Shown in pieces: positions 14,190-26,950 of a stretch of 64,000 nt of DNA. The DNA is from Octopus bimaculoides (taxonomy: Eukaryota). Location: the NCBI RefSeq assembly GCF_001194135.2, contig NC_068981.1, forward strand, positions 47,335,391 to 47,399,390, read 5' to 3'. The position numbers and the translations under genes were made by a program. Below the pieces are notes generated by a model. It ran no database searches and had not been told where the DNA came from. It saw nothing but the letters and a program-made list of their open reading frames with translations. Position 1 is the stretch's first letter; each line of letters begins with the position of its first letter.

Positions 14190-14940
14190 TAAAAAAGATA
14201 AAGAAAAATGATGACTATAGATAACTAAAAGCGATTTAAACCTGGGAATTGATGACTATAGATGACTAAAAGCGTTTTCAAACTGGGAAATGAGTCCCTA
14301 GCCTGTGCTGCCCAAGAGAAAGCATTAAGAACCAGTTACATTCAATACAGAATAGACAAAACATCAGAAAGTGACAAGTGCAGAAATTGTGGACAAAATA
14401 GTGAAACCGTACGGCATGTTACCAGTCAATATACCTCAGTAGTCCAGAAAAAAAGTAAGAATCGTCTTGACAATACAGCAAGGATCTCCCATTGGAGAAT
14501 TTGCAACAAGTATGGACTTGACAGATCAGAAAAGTGGTACAATCATGAACCCAATGGTATTATCGAAAATGATTATGCATTGATCCTATGGGAGTTAAAG
14601 ATTCAGTGCGACCATGCGATAGAGAATACGAATCCAGACATAGTGCTATTTGAGAAAGAAAACAAACGATCATAGATATAGCATGCTACGCTGACAAGAA
14701 TGTATGCGATAAGGAAGAAAGAAAAGGCGATAGATATAACAGGTTAGCTGGGAACAAAGAGTAAACATCTTGAGAAATACATGAAACAAATATGTGCTGC
14801 AATAAAGTGGATCTCTTGCAGAAAATAGCACTGCTACGGGCAGTTGGAATACTCAGGATGGTGCTCGATAAACAGGAAGTGTTACCTTAGTTCACTGGTA
14901 TAGAAAAGCTGGCACCGTAGTGCACCGTAGTGCAAAGACA
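14190..14940 (+). mobile_element. R4/Dong-like LINE 3' fragment (CCHC-REL)
   Basis: ORF 14262-14675: CAAQEKALRT..CRNCGQNSETVRHV..HWRICNKYG..KWYNHEP..IQCDH..NPDIV. Confidence 0.9.
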
Positions 14941-14989
14941 ACAGCTACAACAACAACAACAACAACAACAATAATAATAATATAATAGA

Positions 14990-16900
14990 GCACCAAGGAT
15001 CACCTTGTGATAGACAATGTTATAATGAAGAATTGTAAACGGTACCAAAAAGCTTATGCATGGTCTGGTTAGATTTTAAACAGACTTAGGACATGTTGCA
15101 GCATTCGTGGATAATGGATTTCCATTATCCACGAATGCTGCAACATGTCGTAAGCCAATTTAAAATTTAACATGTGTGAAATAGCTGAGAACGTGTGTGC
15201 ACTAATGAAGATCAACATGCCTATTTGGAAGACGCGTCTTTCCTGTAACAACCAGTACTTAGCCGAGGTAACAATCAAAAGAGATATCTTCGAAGGAGAC
15301 TCTCCTTCGCTTCTGCTATTTGTTATAGAATCCAATCCATTTTCTGTACTCTTACATAAAATCAACGTGCACTATTTGCTGAGAAAAAACGCACCTTGTC
15401 TCAACAACATTCCCTTCGTCGATTATTTAAAACTGTTCGCTGAAACAGAGCCTGAAATGTGGAGGCTGGTTCAGAGTGTGGAAATGTACAGAAAGTATAT
15501 AGTGATGGAATTCGGTATCTCGAAGTGTGCGGTACTTTCTTTGAAGTGGGAAAAAAGAGTAAATTTTAAGGCTCTAGAATTGCCAAACGGAGAGCGAATG
15601 GAAGACCCGGATGGTGATGGGTAGAAGAACTTTGAGATTCTGGAGCTGGACAAAATCTTGCATAGATAAAATGAAAGACAAGATCATCACTGCATATTTC
15701 AAGCGCCTCAAACATCGCTTGAAATCGAAGCTCAACTCAAAGAACCTTGTGACTACCATCAACACATGGGCTATGGCTGTAGTCCGCTATAGTGCACCCA
15801 TCCGGAGATGGATACAAGTGAAAGACAATGACAATGCATGGTGCCCTTCACCCCAAAGCAAATCTACACAGGTTCTATATGAAGAGAGTTATGGTTGGAC
15901 TTGGGCTGATTAGTGTACGGAATGCATCAACTGTGAAAAAAGAAAGATGACAGAATATTTGGTATACAGCAAAGAAGAACTGCTACAATATGCTGCTAGT
16001 GAAGAAGGAGTTTAAAAATGGATTAGAGATTGCTCATGAATTCCGAACAACAACAACCAACGAGAGAGAAAAACCCTACTCCATATGCAAATTACATGGT
16101 CAGTTCCATCGTGAAACCAAGAAATTAAACGTCCAATAAACATCATGGAGGTGGCTCAACAAGGGTGACCTAAAAAAGAATACGGAAAGCGTAATCATCA
16201 CAACCCAGGACCGGGTATTGAATACCAACTCAGTGAAAAAGAATATATATCACACAAGTGCATCGGACTTCTATAAAATATGTGGTAAGAGGGTCGAAAG
16301 TGTGACGCACAATGTTTATGCTTGTGAAAGTGTTGTTAATAAAAAGTACAAATTTAGACACAACAATGTAGCCCAAAATCTCCACTGGCTACTATGCCGT
16401 TACAATGGATATGAGTTTACGGGTGCTTGGTACCAACATACACAGGAAAATGAAACGGACGAAAAGGGGAAGACAAAATTCTAGACAGAAAAGTATTAGA
16501 GCACCGAAGCCCGGATATAGCAAACTTTAGGAGGGGCAAACAAGAATGCCTAATAATTGACGTAGTAGTGCTACGAGATCAGTACTCATTGAAAGAAAGA
16601 AAAAAAGCTGATAAATATGAAGACCTGAGAAATGAGACCACTAAGATGTGGCAGCTACGCGAGTCGAACTTAAAGGTTATCCCTCTTGTCATCGGAGCAT
16701 TGAGATCAACACCACCCGATCTGAAAAAAAAATCTGAAAATGTTAGAAATACCCTACAATCTAGAGGTATTGCAAAAGTCGCCATTACTTGGACCTGCAC
16801 GTATATTGCCTAAAGTACTGTCTGTCTGAGGTCCTTATTGTGACTTGACACCCATGAGACACAATATCTTCAATCAATAACCAACGATACTGTATATTCT
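14990..16900 (+). mobile_element. R4/Dong-like LINE (RT core to REL end), degenerate
   Basis: AYDMLQHSWI, RDIFEGDSPSLLLF, FVDYLKLF (degenerate FMDD), MEFGISKC, ICGKRVESVTH and DKYEDLRNE..VIPLVIGAL. Followed by (AAT)n at 16910-17010. Confidence 0.9.
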
Positions 16901-16924
16901 GTGACGTCTATAATAATAATAATG

Positions 16925-17016
<92 letters not shown>

Positions 17017-17024
17017 TAATAATA

Positions 17025-18200
17025 TTCGGTCAAATATGAAATCCCAATTTTTGAGGATAAAACGGATTTGTACTGATATGGAGGCATACTGGAAACATGC
17101 AAATGCCTTTGTACATCATAACGTCAAACGCAGTTACAGTGAAATCACGATTAAAGGAAATAGCAAATTAAATAGCTAAGATTAGCAAAGATAGTCAAAC
17201 CTTCAAGCATAATTTTAGCAAACACAATAAAATAGATGACAGAATTCCTTTAGTTATTAACTAGCACCGAAATTTCGCTGGCATTTCAAAAGTGTTACAT
17301 GAACGTTACCAGCATATGGCGAAAACATATCCTCGTTTCAGACAGATATTTTCTCAGCCGCCTATTGTAACCTTTAGACGGAATAGGAGTATAAAAGAAT
17401 TATTGACCTCTATTTCTGACTCCAAGGGAAATGCACATTGGAGTATCTGCACGCTGTACCTTGAAGAAAAGTCGCAACAGAGGTAAGCCCGGTTCATTGT
17501 GAAACAACATGTGTCAAGTGAATTCCATCAGGAATGATAACAGAAATGTTATGATTTATACAGAAGGTGGGACATGTAGAGATTCCCATTTGATGTAAGT
17601 GGCAGAATGACCGAAGCACAATTTGATTTTATGTTGGTTGTATAACAGAACAATGAAACAAAAGTTTTAATGGGCACAGATTCGACGTCAGGCACAATAA
17701 CAGTAGTTCGACAGGATTTGCCAAACATTTCATTTCAAAAGGCTGCAACTTTGAAAAAGACTTGAAAGTGTATATTTTCAGAAAATATTCCTAATCTGCT
17801 TCAATTTCACTTCTCAGAAAGCATGAGGAGAAATGTTTCTTCGAGTTATTAACATCACGCCCCAGAGGAATGAATAAAATGGCAGGAGAATATCATCAAA
17901 TTTATACAATGGTATTTGATTAAATATTCTTTTTTTTTTCTTTTTTCTTTCCTCTTTTTTTCTGTCTTTTTCTTTTCGCCTGTTATAAATTTGAAACTTA
18001 GACTGATGATGTCATTCTATCAACGTGTGTACGTTGGTTGCTCTCGTTCATAATTTACATTTAAAATTCTATAAATTTGAATTTTTATCACTTCTTATTT
18101 TGATTTTAACAAAGACAGATTTACTGTTCAAATATCGTTCAACCAATAAAATATATGTTACAATCGAATCGCACTCTTCGTCTTGACTGTTTAACTTTGT
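17025..18200 (+). mobile_element. Penelope-like element 3' fragment (RT C-terminus, GIY-YIG) with 3' UTR
   Basis: KSQFLRIKRICT, IFSQPPIVTFRRNRSIKELL, FYVGC..FNGHRFDVRH and TSRPRGMN. Confidence 0.75.
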
Positions 18201-18254
18201 GAAGAGTTACGTCATTCCTTTTTAAAATATAATAATAATAATAATAATAATAAT

Positions 18255-18510
18255 ACCATTACCAGGCACTGGGCTCTCATAACTTCTGATCTCAAATGAT
18301 TGGACGTGTTATCATGCACATTCTATTGTCTTGTTTATAAGAGATGCAAATATCGTCAGTTACTAATGGACTTGTTAATGTGGTTAAGATCAAACTAGTG
18401 ACAAGCAAATCTGTGGTATCGAGCAGAATATTTGCCCATCTTCTATACCAAGATCAAAAAATGTACATGTTAACACTTCCCGTATGTTAAGATCAAAAGC
18501 CATGTGAGAC
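18255..18510. repeat. Foldback (head-to-head) copy of the ~550-bp repeat family 5' part
   Basis: 18255-18340 is a forward copy and 18400-18510 a reverse-complement copy of the same unit. Flanked by (AAT)n on the left and (ATT)n on the right. Confidence 0.7.
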
Positions 18511-18551
18511 AATTATTATTACTATTATTATCATTATTATTATTATCATCA

Positions 18552-18598
<47 letters not shown>

Positions 18599-19296
18599 TC
18601 AGCAACAGCAACTACTTCGATCATCAACGGTATGAAATTTTGGAACACGAAGAAGAATTTCTGAAGGAGCAATTTGAGAGAATCCAACGCCTCCATTACT
18701 TGCCTGATATTTTATTTTATGACCTTGAAAGTTTGAAAGGTAAAGTTACCCTTGACAGAATATGAACTGAGAATGGCAAGACCCAGAGCGAATGGAGATA
18801 TTCCGTCCTTCGAACGATTATACTTACGTTTCTAATATAGCCACATAACCTAATTTACAAGAAGACTAATTGATTTTATTTATCTCACTAAAAAGTTTTA
18901 TGGCATTTTATCGACCTAGAGAGTAATGATTCCTTAGTATTTTCAACATTCACTCACACTAGATTACTGTCATTTATTTCTCGTTTCTTAAAAATATTTT
19001 TTGGATATATTTTCCTTCCGAAGCATAATATGCTTGATCGTAGTTCACATCTACGTCATAATACTTGACAACCATGTGTCTCTTCGAGGCTGACACTTTT
19101 ATTACTTCTCAAAAGAGCAAACATTACACTGCTCTGTAGTTTAGCTATGTACACTGATGTCTCACAGTATATGAGTAGAGCTACAAAGCTTCTGACATCA
19201 AGTCTATTGAACGAGGAATTAAGCCAGTGTAAAGTAGAGCAATAATCACCATAAATATAAAATGTACATTTCATATTTTAGTTTTGAATATCTTAC

Positions 19297-19387
19297 CTCT
19301 AATTATTCTTGCCGTGTTAGTGTCGTGGTCGAACCTACATTGCATGGCCCACTTCAAAGCTAATTCCGCCATACTCTCACTCCAAAC
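19297..19387 (-). CDS. CAP/CRISP-like protein, coding exon 3
   Basis: Acceptor TTTATTGTTAG|, 91 nt, phase 0-1, donor G|GTAAGA. Encodes VWSESMAELALKWAMQCRFDHDTNTARIIR(G), continuing the M-x-W..LA..WA..C...H CAP motif. Confidence 0.95.
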
Positions 19388-19642
19388 CTAACAATAAACG
19401 GAAATTTGGATTTAATAACAGACGAAGAACGCAGTAGATTAACATTCATGCATTACGTATGAAACTTAGAACACAGATAATTTTTAATTAATTTTTGTTT
19501 TACATTTTTTAGCAAATGAAAATAATGTAAATGATAATTTACAGTGACTCCAAAACACGTGCGAGATAGTGAGCAAGGTGTGTGATCGCAAAATGTAGAC
19601 CTCAGCGAAGCCGTGAATCTTTGCATAAGTATGAACTAGGAG

Positions 19643-19930
19643 ATTCTGTCCATGGCGAATTATCCTCTCGATAATTTGGGATGAAAAACAGAGAGAGACG
19701 ACTAAAAATGAAAACGCATTGTCATTGTCTTAACATTTATGTAAACAATCTAAATACTAAAAAACAATATTGATTATTTTAACTCACCTTTTTCCATTTG
19801 CCAACATTTTTTACAATATATTTACAATTGCAAAATATTGGTAATTTTATACACTAACATACACATACATAAAAAAAAACGCATACACATACACGCACGT
19901 ATGCACACAAACAAACACATACACAAACAC

Positions 19931-19968
<38 letters not shown>

Positions 19969-20286
19969 TATGTCTGCGTGTGCGTACGTGCGAGTTTATA
20001 TGTATATGTGTAGAATATGTAGCAACATTTTCAAATATTTGGTAAATGGACTCAATCTATTGTTTGAAAGCACATTCTCTCACGAAAATTAATTCCAAGT
20101 TGAACAACAAATCAAGCAATCTAGCATACGGTAAAAGCAGCCTCATCTGGAAATTATATTTCCCCGGTGAGACTGAAATATCCCTTTGTCCAACGAGTAC
20201 ATGTACAAATGATTAGACTAGAAGAGGATACAAATAATAGGGAAGACAGAGTGTACTGTAAGACGAAACGATCATCGCGCTAAAGA
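19643..20286 (+). repeat. Local duplication, intron-2 copy, part 1 (matches 33765-34364)
   Basis: Colinear match from ATTCTGTCCATGGCGAAT to GATCATCGCGCTAAAGA, roughly 85% identity by eye. Confidence 0.9.
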
Positions 20287-20505
20287 AAACTTACAGGACA
20301 CTCTTACCTATCAATTTTTTAAAATATACTAAACGTCAAACTTCCTTGCAGAGATCCTGCAATTGAAGTGCAATATTGCTGATTATGTACATTATCCGTA
20401 TGTGATGAACGAGCTCTCAATGTAAACTACTAGGCTCATACCCAAGACAAAATTTGGATACTATATTTTAAAAACTCCTATCGAAATATTAATTCTAAAT
20501 ATAAC

Positions 20506-20550
<45 letters not shown>

Positions 20551-20556
<6 letters not shown>

Positions 20557-21630
20557 GTTATAGAATAAAAACGCTAGGTTAACGACTCAACATATCACAG
20601 TCCCTCAATGAACGTATATAAAAAATACAACATAATCCATAAAACGTAAGGAATAATATCAAAAGAGCGTAAGAAAAATAATGTAAGAAAAATAAAATAA
20701 ATAAAGAATAAGAAATATATAACAAGTAAGATGCAAGCTATATAACGTATAATACAAAAATGTATACACAAATATATTATTTCAACCGATAATATACAAA
20801 TAAATTAAGAATAATAAATTTGAGTTAAAGGTATAACACAATATACATATATATCATTTCATGTTTTTTAACCCGTGTTTTTTGTGAACTCTTATAAATG
20901 GTGGTTGAAATGGATTTTACCGATTGGTACCTTCTGGGTGCTGTATTTGTCCTTTGATCCATGTGTTTTGTGAACTTTTGTACATGGTGAGCAGAATTGG
21001 ATGTTACATGCTGATACCTACTGGGTGCCTGTATTCACCTTTGACCCGTGTTTTTTTTGCGATCTCTTGTGTATACTAAACTGATACGACTTACATAGTC
21101 AGGTCTGCTGTTTTAAATTATAAAATATGCCCGAGGGAAATATAGAACTTTAGATCTTTGCTCTAAACAATGTTAAATCATTTAAAGTTTTGTCATTGAT
21201 TTTTAACCGATAGACTATTTTGTTTTACCTCATTTCTTTATTTTATTTTATTTTATATCGATCTATATTATATATTTGAATATTTAATCGTATTAATTTT
21301 AGCTTTAACTTGAGTTGGAACTTTTTTTAAATTATATATATATGTATATTGTGTTATACCTTTAACTCAAACTTATTATTCTTAATTTATTTGTATGTTA
21401 TCGGTTGAAATAATATAGTTGTGTATAATTTTTTATATTACACGTTCTATATCTTGCATCTTACTTCTTAAATATTTCTTATTCTTTTATTTATTTTATT
21501 TTTGTTACGTTATTTTTATATCTTTTCATTCCTATGTTTTGTGGATTATGTTGTATTTCTTATGTATGATCATTGAGGGAGTGTGATATGTTGAGTCGTT
21601 AACCTAACGTTTTTATTCTATAACTAATAT
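20551..21630. mobile_element. Element with ~300-bp inverted arms, probably an inverted-pLTR Penelope-like relic
   Basis: Arms 20551-20853 and 21335-21630 are reverse complements. The spacer has a degenerate ~87-bp subrepeat. The arms resemble the inverted arm at 42890-43150 that flanks a GIY-YIG fragment. Confidence 0.6.
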
Positions 21631-21707
21631 TTTACTCTTGTCTCAATTATTCTGAGCACTTCTCCTTCAAGCCCTGTATAAAATCTATCAATGTCCTAAT
21701 AAGAAAC

Positions 21708-21745
<38 letters not shown>

Positions 21746-22719
21746 NNNNNNNNNNACAGAGTGCATGCACAAGTAACTATTCACACGCAAAATTCATTCT
21801 GCCACTTATCATGAGGAAGCTACACAGCTAACAACCTAAATATTAACCATTGGACTTCATCCAAATGACTCCTGTTCTCTCTTCTAACAGGCAGATTAAA
21901 TTCAGTCTCTGTTCATGATAACTGAAACTTAACGTCTATTCTTTTAGGCGCAAAATACACTATCACGTGACACTTACGCATAGACGTAGCATGAAAGTAG
22001 ACGTACAAAGTATAATAATCTTAATCATCTCTTCATTCTAAAAACAAACATGACAGAAAACATTCACAACATTGATTGTGTGCACCTGTTCAGTCACCCG
22101 TGTCAGCCTTAACTTTCGATGCCAGACACTGCCACTTGATACTGACACACGGACGTAGCGGGGAACGTACAACATTTTCTAACACCATTCATTTGACTAT
22201 CCTTTATCAATCAAATCCTATTCAAAACAAACACGAATTTAAGCCATGAACTCCCTATAAAAACAGGCTAAAATTCAAACGCTAGTCCGAAGTAAGGGAG
22301 CTGCGACATAAGCCACGTCTTTCTATGTGAACTTTTCGAAAATCAGTGAAAACTGTGAAACCGATTAAAACATTAAATATTTTAATAAAAGTTATTTTAA
22401 CTATACGCAGTTCGTTTTCAACTTCTATTTTCGTATATTTCTATCCATGTGCAACAAAATAACTTTTACACAAACACACACACANNNNNNNNNNNNNNNN
22501 NNNNNNNNNNNNNNNNNNNNNNNNNNNNNNNNNNNNNNNNNNNNNNNNNNNNNNNNNNNNNNNNNNNNNNNNNNNNNNNNNNNNNNNNNNNNNNNNNNNN
22601 NNNNNNNNNNNNNNNNNNNNNNNNNNNNNNNNNNNNNNNNNNNNNNNNNNNNNNNNNNNNNNNNNNNNNNNNNNNNNNNNNNNNNNNNNNNNNNNNNNNN
22701 NNNNNNNNNNNNNNNNNNN

Positions 22720-22753
<34 letters not shown>

Positions 22754-23260
22754 CACCTCACATTTACAGAAAACATCAGTTGAAGACAGGTGACGGAACA
22801 ACAATCAACATCAATCTAACGCTCGGAAGAATGAACAAATCTTTGACTCTACGAGCATACGCTCTTCGACAGAAAAAAAAATTGAAAGGAAAGGAAATGG
22901 AGAAAGAACGAAAACTACGAATAGTTCAACGGTTAAACTTGATGAAATAGCCGGAAGAAAGTGGTTGAGTGAAAGGGGATAATTACATCAACCACGCTGA
23001 ACAAGTGTGCGCAAGCTCGTTAGTTGCATGTGTAAATGTGAGCGACTGCGTCTGAATATATGTGTAGACGTGCTTCAATTTATGTTGGTATTTGCGAACG
23101 TATAAGGGCATCTGTGTGTGTTTGTGTCTGTGTATTTATATACTTGTGTATCTATGTGTCTTTGCATATATTTGTGTACATATACGGCTAGTTATAAATG
23201 TCCAAATATATGTCTAAATACAGCAATATTTATGCAAATGACACATACACTGCTCCTAGG

Positions 23261-23537
23261 TATTCGGTACTTGAAACTGGAAGATTGCCTCACTATGAAA
23301 TGCTTTTAATGCTTCTATTGCTTTTTATACCCCATGTTTTCTCCTTCAAATATATTTATATATGCCTTAGTAATCACATTGAATAACTTATGTAAATCAA
23401 CTTAATATATATCTAGTAGGCAGCAATTAAAAGTAAAAGTTATGTATATGCACCGAAATATTTTGAATTAGCTTAAAAGATGTATTCCGTACATACTTTC
23501 AAACTAAATCCTTCTGGAGAGATAACTGGGCCCGCGG
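23261..23537 (+). repeat. Local duplication, intron-2 copy, part 2 (matches 34365-34621)
   Basis: Resumes exactly where part 1 stops, from TATTCGGTACTT to GATAACTGGGCCCGCGG. A 2974-bp insertion separates the two parts. Confidence 0.85.
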
Positions 23538-23574
23538 ACTAAACATCCACGCCACTAGGTGTAATATCGACCAC

Positions 23575-24500
23575 GAAAAATATTGAAAGCAGAAACGTTC
23601 CCGATGGAATTTCTGTTCAAAACCTAAAGACACACAAATTGCTGCTGATCATTTCTTTCCGACGTGCTAACGGTTCTGTCACATACCTAACTGAAGTAAA
23701 TGGCAATAATAGAAAAGTGTTACTTTGGGGCTAATACGTAATAGCTAGATAGCAGAATCATTAACACGGCGAGCAAAATGCTTGAAAGCATTCCCTCTGT
23801 TTTTACGTTCTGCGTTTATATTCAACCGATTTCGACTTTGCCTCTCATCCTGGCGGAGTCGGTAAAATAAAAGCCCGCTGAACACTGCGGTTGTTGCAAT
23901 CGACTCACCCCTATTTGAAATTTGCTGATCCTGTACCCAGTTTTGAAACTGTATGTAAAAACCTTAGGGCAGAGAGCTAGCAGAAACGTTAGCATGCCAG
24001 GCAAAAGGGTTAGCGGCATTTCATTTGTCTTTACGTTCTCAGTTCAAATTCCCCAATGTCGACTTTGCTTCTTATCCCATTTGATTCGATTAAATAAGTA
24101 CAAGTGAGACACTAGTGCTGATATAACTGAGCTATCCACCACCACCCCTAAAATTACTGTTGACGAAATTTGAAACCAATATTAATAGCGATTCATTTCT
24201 TAAAAGGGTGAAAATTTCCTCTTCACATGCGTGAAATAATTGTCAAATGATCATGTAAATGTATTTTGCACCGCTAAAGGAACTATATTATTGTTTCAAG
24301 CTTTTGTATAAGTCTAGTAGTTTAAAAGTTGGCTATAAGTCGCTTACAACGACTGCAGCCTGTAATGGTAGTTATTTTATCGACGCTAGAATGATGTAAG
24401 ATCAAACCATTTTTATTGGATCTGAACTCAGAAGGTAAAGAACTGGAAAAACTGCTAAGCAATTTGTTCGATCGCGGACTATTCTATCGGCTCACCATCA
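23575..24500. mobile_element. Cluster of four SINE family A copies (23575-23690 -, 23740-23955 +, 23965-24185 +, 24350-24500 -)
   Basis: Each matches the GCAGAAACGTTAGCA..TTTACGTTCT..GTTCAAATT..GTCGACTTTGC consensus in the stated orientation. Confidence 0.7.
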
Positions 24501-25556
24501 AAAAGGATTCTAATATAATGATAGGGTACACTATATATGCACTTGTGAAATTTGAAATGTAAATATCTGCTTAGCGGAGGAAAACATTTCCAAACATTCG
24601 AAATGCGTTTGTTTATTAAAAACAGGATAGGTTTATGATATTAATGTAACTACTTACAGCTAGAAACAATCCAATTTATATTATAGCCTTTAGAACGAAT
24701 AATTTCATTATGCAATAGCTTTTGACAGTGGATTAAAAGTTGATATTTACATTACTGAAATATGTATAGATATTTCTTTACGACGTTATATATCCGATAT
24801 TTTACTAGGTTTTACGGCTGGTATATCTTGTATATTCAAGTCTGTTATATATATATATGGTATATTCAAGAATAATGCTCTACTGACTCTACTTATGTAC
24901 ACGTTTCTTATTTAATGGACAATTTGTAGTTACTTTCTTGAAAAAGGCTCACAGATTAAGTATAATATTTCACAGTAGTGCGTGTAGAAAAAAAAATTAA
25001 GACGATAGCTGGTTTAACGGAAACAGATAAAGCGGCAGGAATGTTGCAATTTTTAAGTACATCATGGGGTGTGCTACACAGTATACGGATAAGCTGCTTG
25101 TAACGAACTTGTGAGTAGCTATGTCCTTGCATCATGAATAGCTGTTTTAACCTTATTTAGCGTACAAACAGTTAATTTGCTGCATATCAAAAACTATTTG
25201 CTTACTTGAACTATCTAATATTCTGTAATCCATATGCGTAAGAATATGGGATACCAAGAACAATTCTAATTTTCACTCTCCACATAATGCATAATCGTTG
25301 TAGCCTGCGAAGATATCATTCAATCGAAACCTAGCCTAACTTGATATACTACTTAAATAATTTAGTGTAAATTTAATATTAAATGCCAAAAGAGAACATT
25401 CTTCAAATAATGCTGAGAATGGTAATGGGATATTCAAGGAAAATGATAATTCTTATTTTAGTTTGGAACGTAATAACTAACTCTCCATATTGAAGTAGTC
25501 CCCTTTCCTTCTCTTTCTTTACTTGCACGTGTGCATACATAATACATACATACATA

Positions 25557-26454
25557 CAAGGTGGCATCAAGTGATTACCGGATTAGTTATGCTAAATAAA
25601 AAATAAATTATTTACCAGAAATTTAACATCACCTTCGCAATACTCATTTTGCGCAGCAATACAGCGGACCCAGCGTTCCTGACATTTTGGGAATCTGGCC
25701 TGGGAATCGTTATCAGTAAGCGAAACGAGGACCTTCAGTTATTCGGTCAGGATGTCGACAGTTTAGTTCAAATGGTGACCACTGAGCTGTATTTTCATCT
25801 TGGAGAAGAGATGGAAGGTGCTGAATCTGGTGGACAGGGTGGGTGCAGAAGCGATGTCATGTTGTTTTTGGCGTGAAACTCACGAATGAAGAGAGCTCGG
25901 TGACAGGGTGCATTGTCGTCATGAAGAATCCAATTCTTTGCGTTCCACAGATCCGGTCGCTTTCACCAGATAGCCTCCCACAAACACTTTAAAACGCCGC
26001 AGTAGAAATCTCGACCGACGGGCTAGCACGGGGACAAAATAAATCGTGAGACACAATACTACATTTTCAGGAATGACAAAGGTATTCCAGATCACTGATC
26101 ATCTTCCTGGGACGTTCTTCTGCTCTTGAAGTGCCCGTGCCACTCGAAACATTGTGTGCAGCACATTGCTTTGTAGTCGTAAGCTTCCCGAAGTATGCTC
26201 AGTATATGTGGCAATGTTGTAGACCTCCCAAGTTTAATGCAAAATTTTACGTTGGTTTAGTGCTCCTATCCAAGATACAATCGCAGCTTACAGCGTACAC
26301 ATGATCACGAAAGCACGAATTGCACAACTTGCTAAGTTACTCGGCACACTGCTTCATGTAAATCACTGCTAGCACTCTTGGCTGTCACAAACATGTGCTT
26401 CCATATGTCGGAACGCTACATGACTAGCACGGGAAAATGTTGATACCACCACGC
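25557..26454 (-). mobile_element. Internally deleted mariner element
   Basis: Minus-strand PCPPDSAP (degenerate YSPDLAP) and KCQERWVRCIAAQNEYCEGD C-terminus. Imperfect TIRs GGTGG(C/T)ATCAA, with TA on the left flank. Confidence 0.75.
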
Positions 26455-26529
26455 ATATACAATCACGCACAGACCTACGTACACGCACGAACACGCACGT
26501 ACATTCACACACACGCTAACACGTACATA

Positions 26530-26950
26530 TATGAGGCTGCGTGGCAAGAAACTTGCTTCCTAACCACTTGATTCCGGGTTCAGTCAGTTCCACTGGCATC
26601 GTTGGCAAATAATTCTACTAGAGCCTCAGGACGACCAAAGACTTATAATGGGTTTGGTAGATAGAAACATACGTCAGTATATGAATAGAAATATATGTAA
26701 TATAGAAATATATGTAAGTATATGAATAAATATATGTGTGCATGCGTGTGTGCGTGTACGTGCGCGCGCGTGTGTATCATTGTGTATGTGGTGTACCGCA
26801 CAACAGCTTAGCAAAAGTTGTTGGTTAGTTTGCGTCTCTAACGTAACATCTCAGAAAAGACACTGATAGAACATGCTTAACTAAGTGTAAATACTGGGAT
26901 CGATTCATTCGACTTAAAATAATTGTGCCGCTTGGTAGTCCAGCATAGTC
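26530..26950 (+). mobile_element. SINE family B
   Basis: GGCTGCGTGGCAAGAAACTTGCTTCCTAACCAC..TTCCGGGTTCAGTC head and GTAGTCCAGCATAGTCAC tail. Confidence 0.75.

Noticed and set aside
17995-18040. CTGATGA after the Penelope ORF; similar relic CTGAT-ACGACTTACATAGTC near 21080-21100
   Set aside because: GAAA and/or the core are deleted, so these cannot be supported as ribozymes, only as possible decayed relics.
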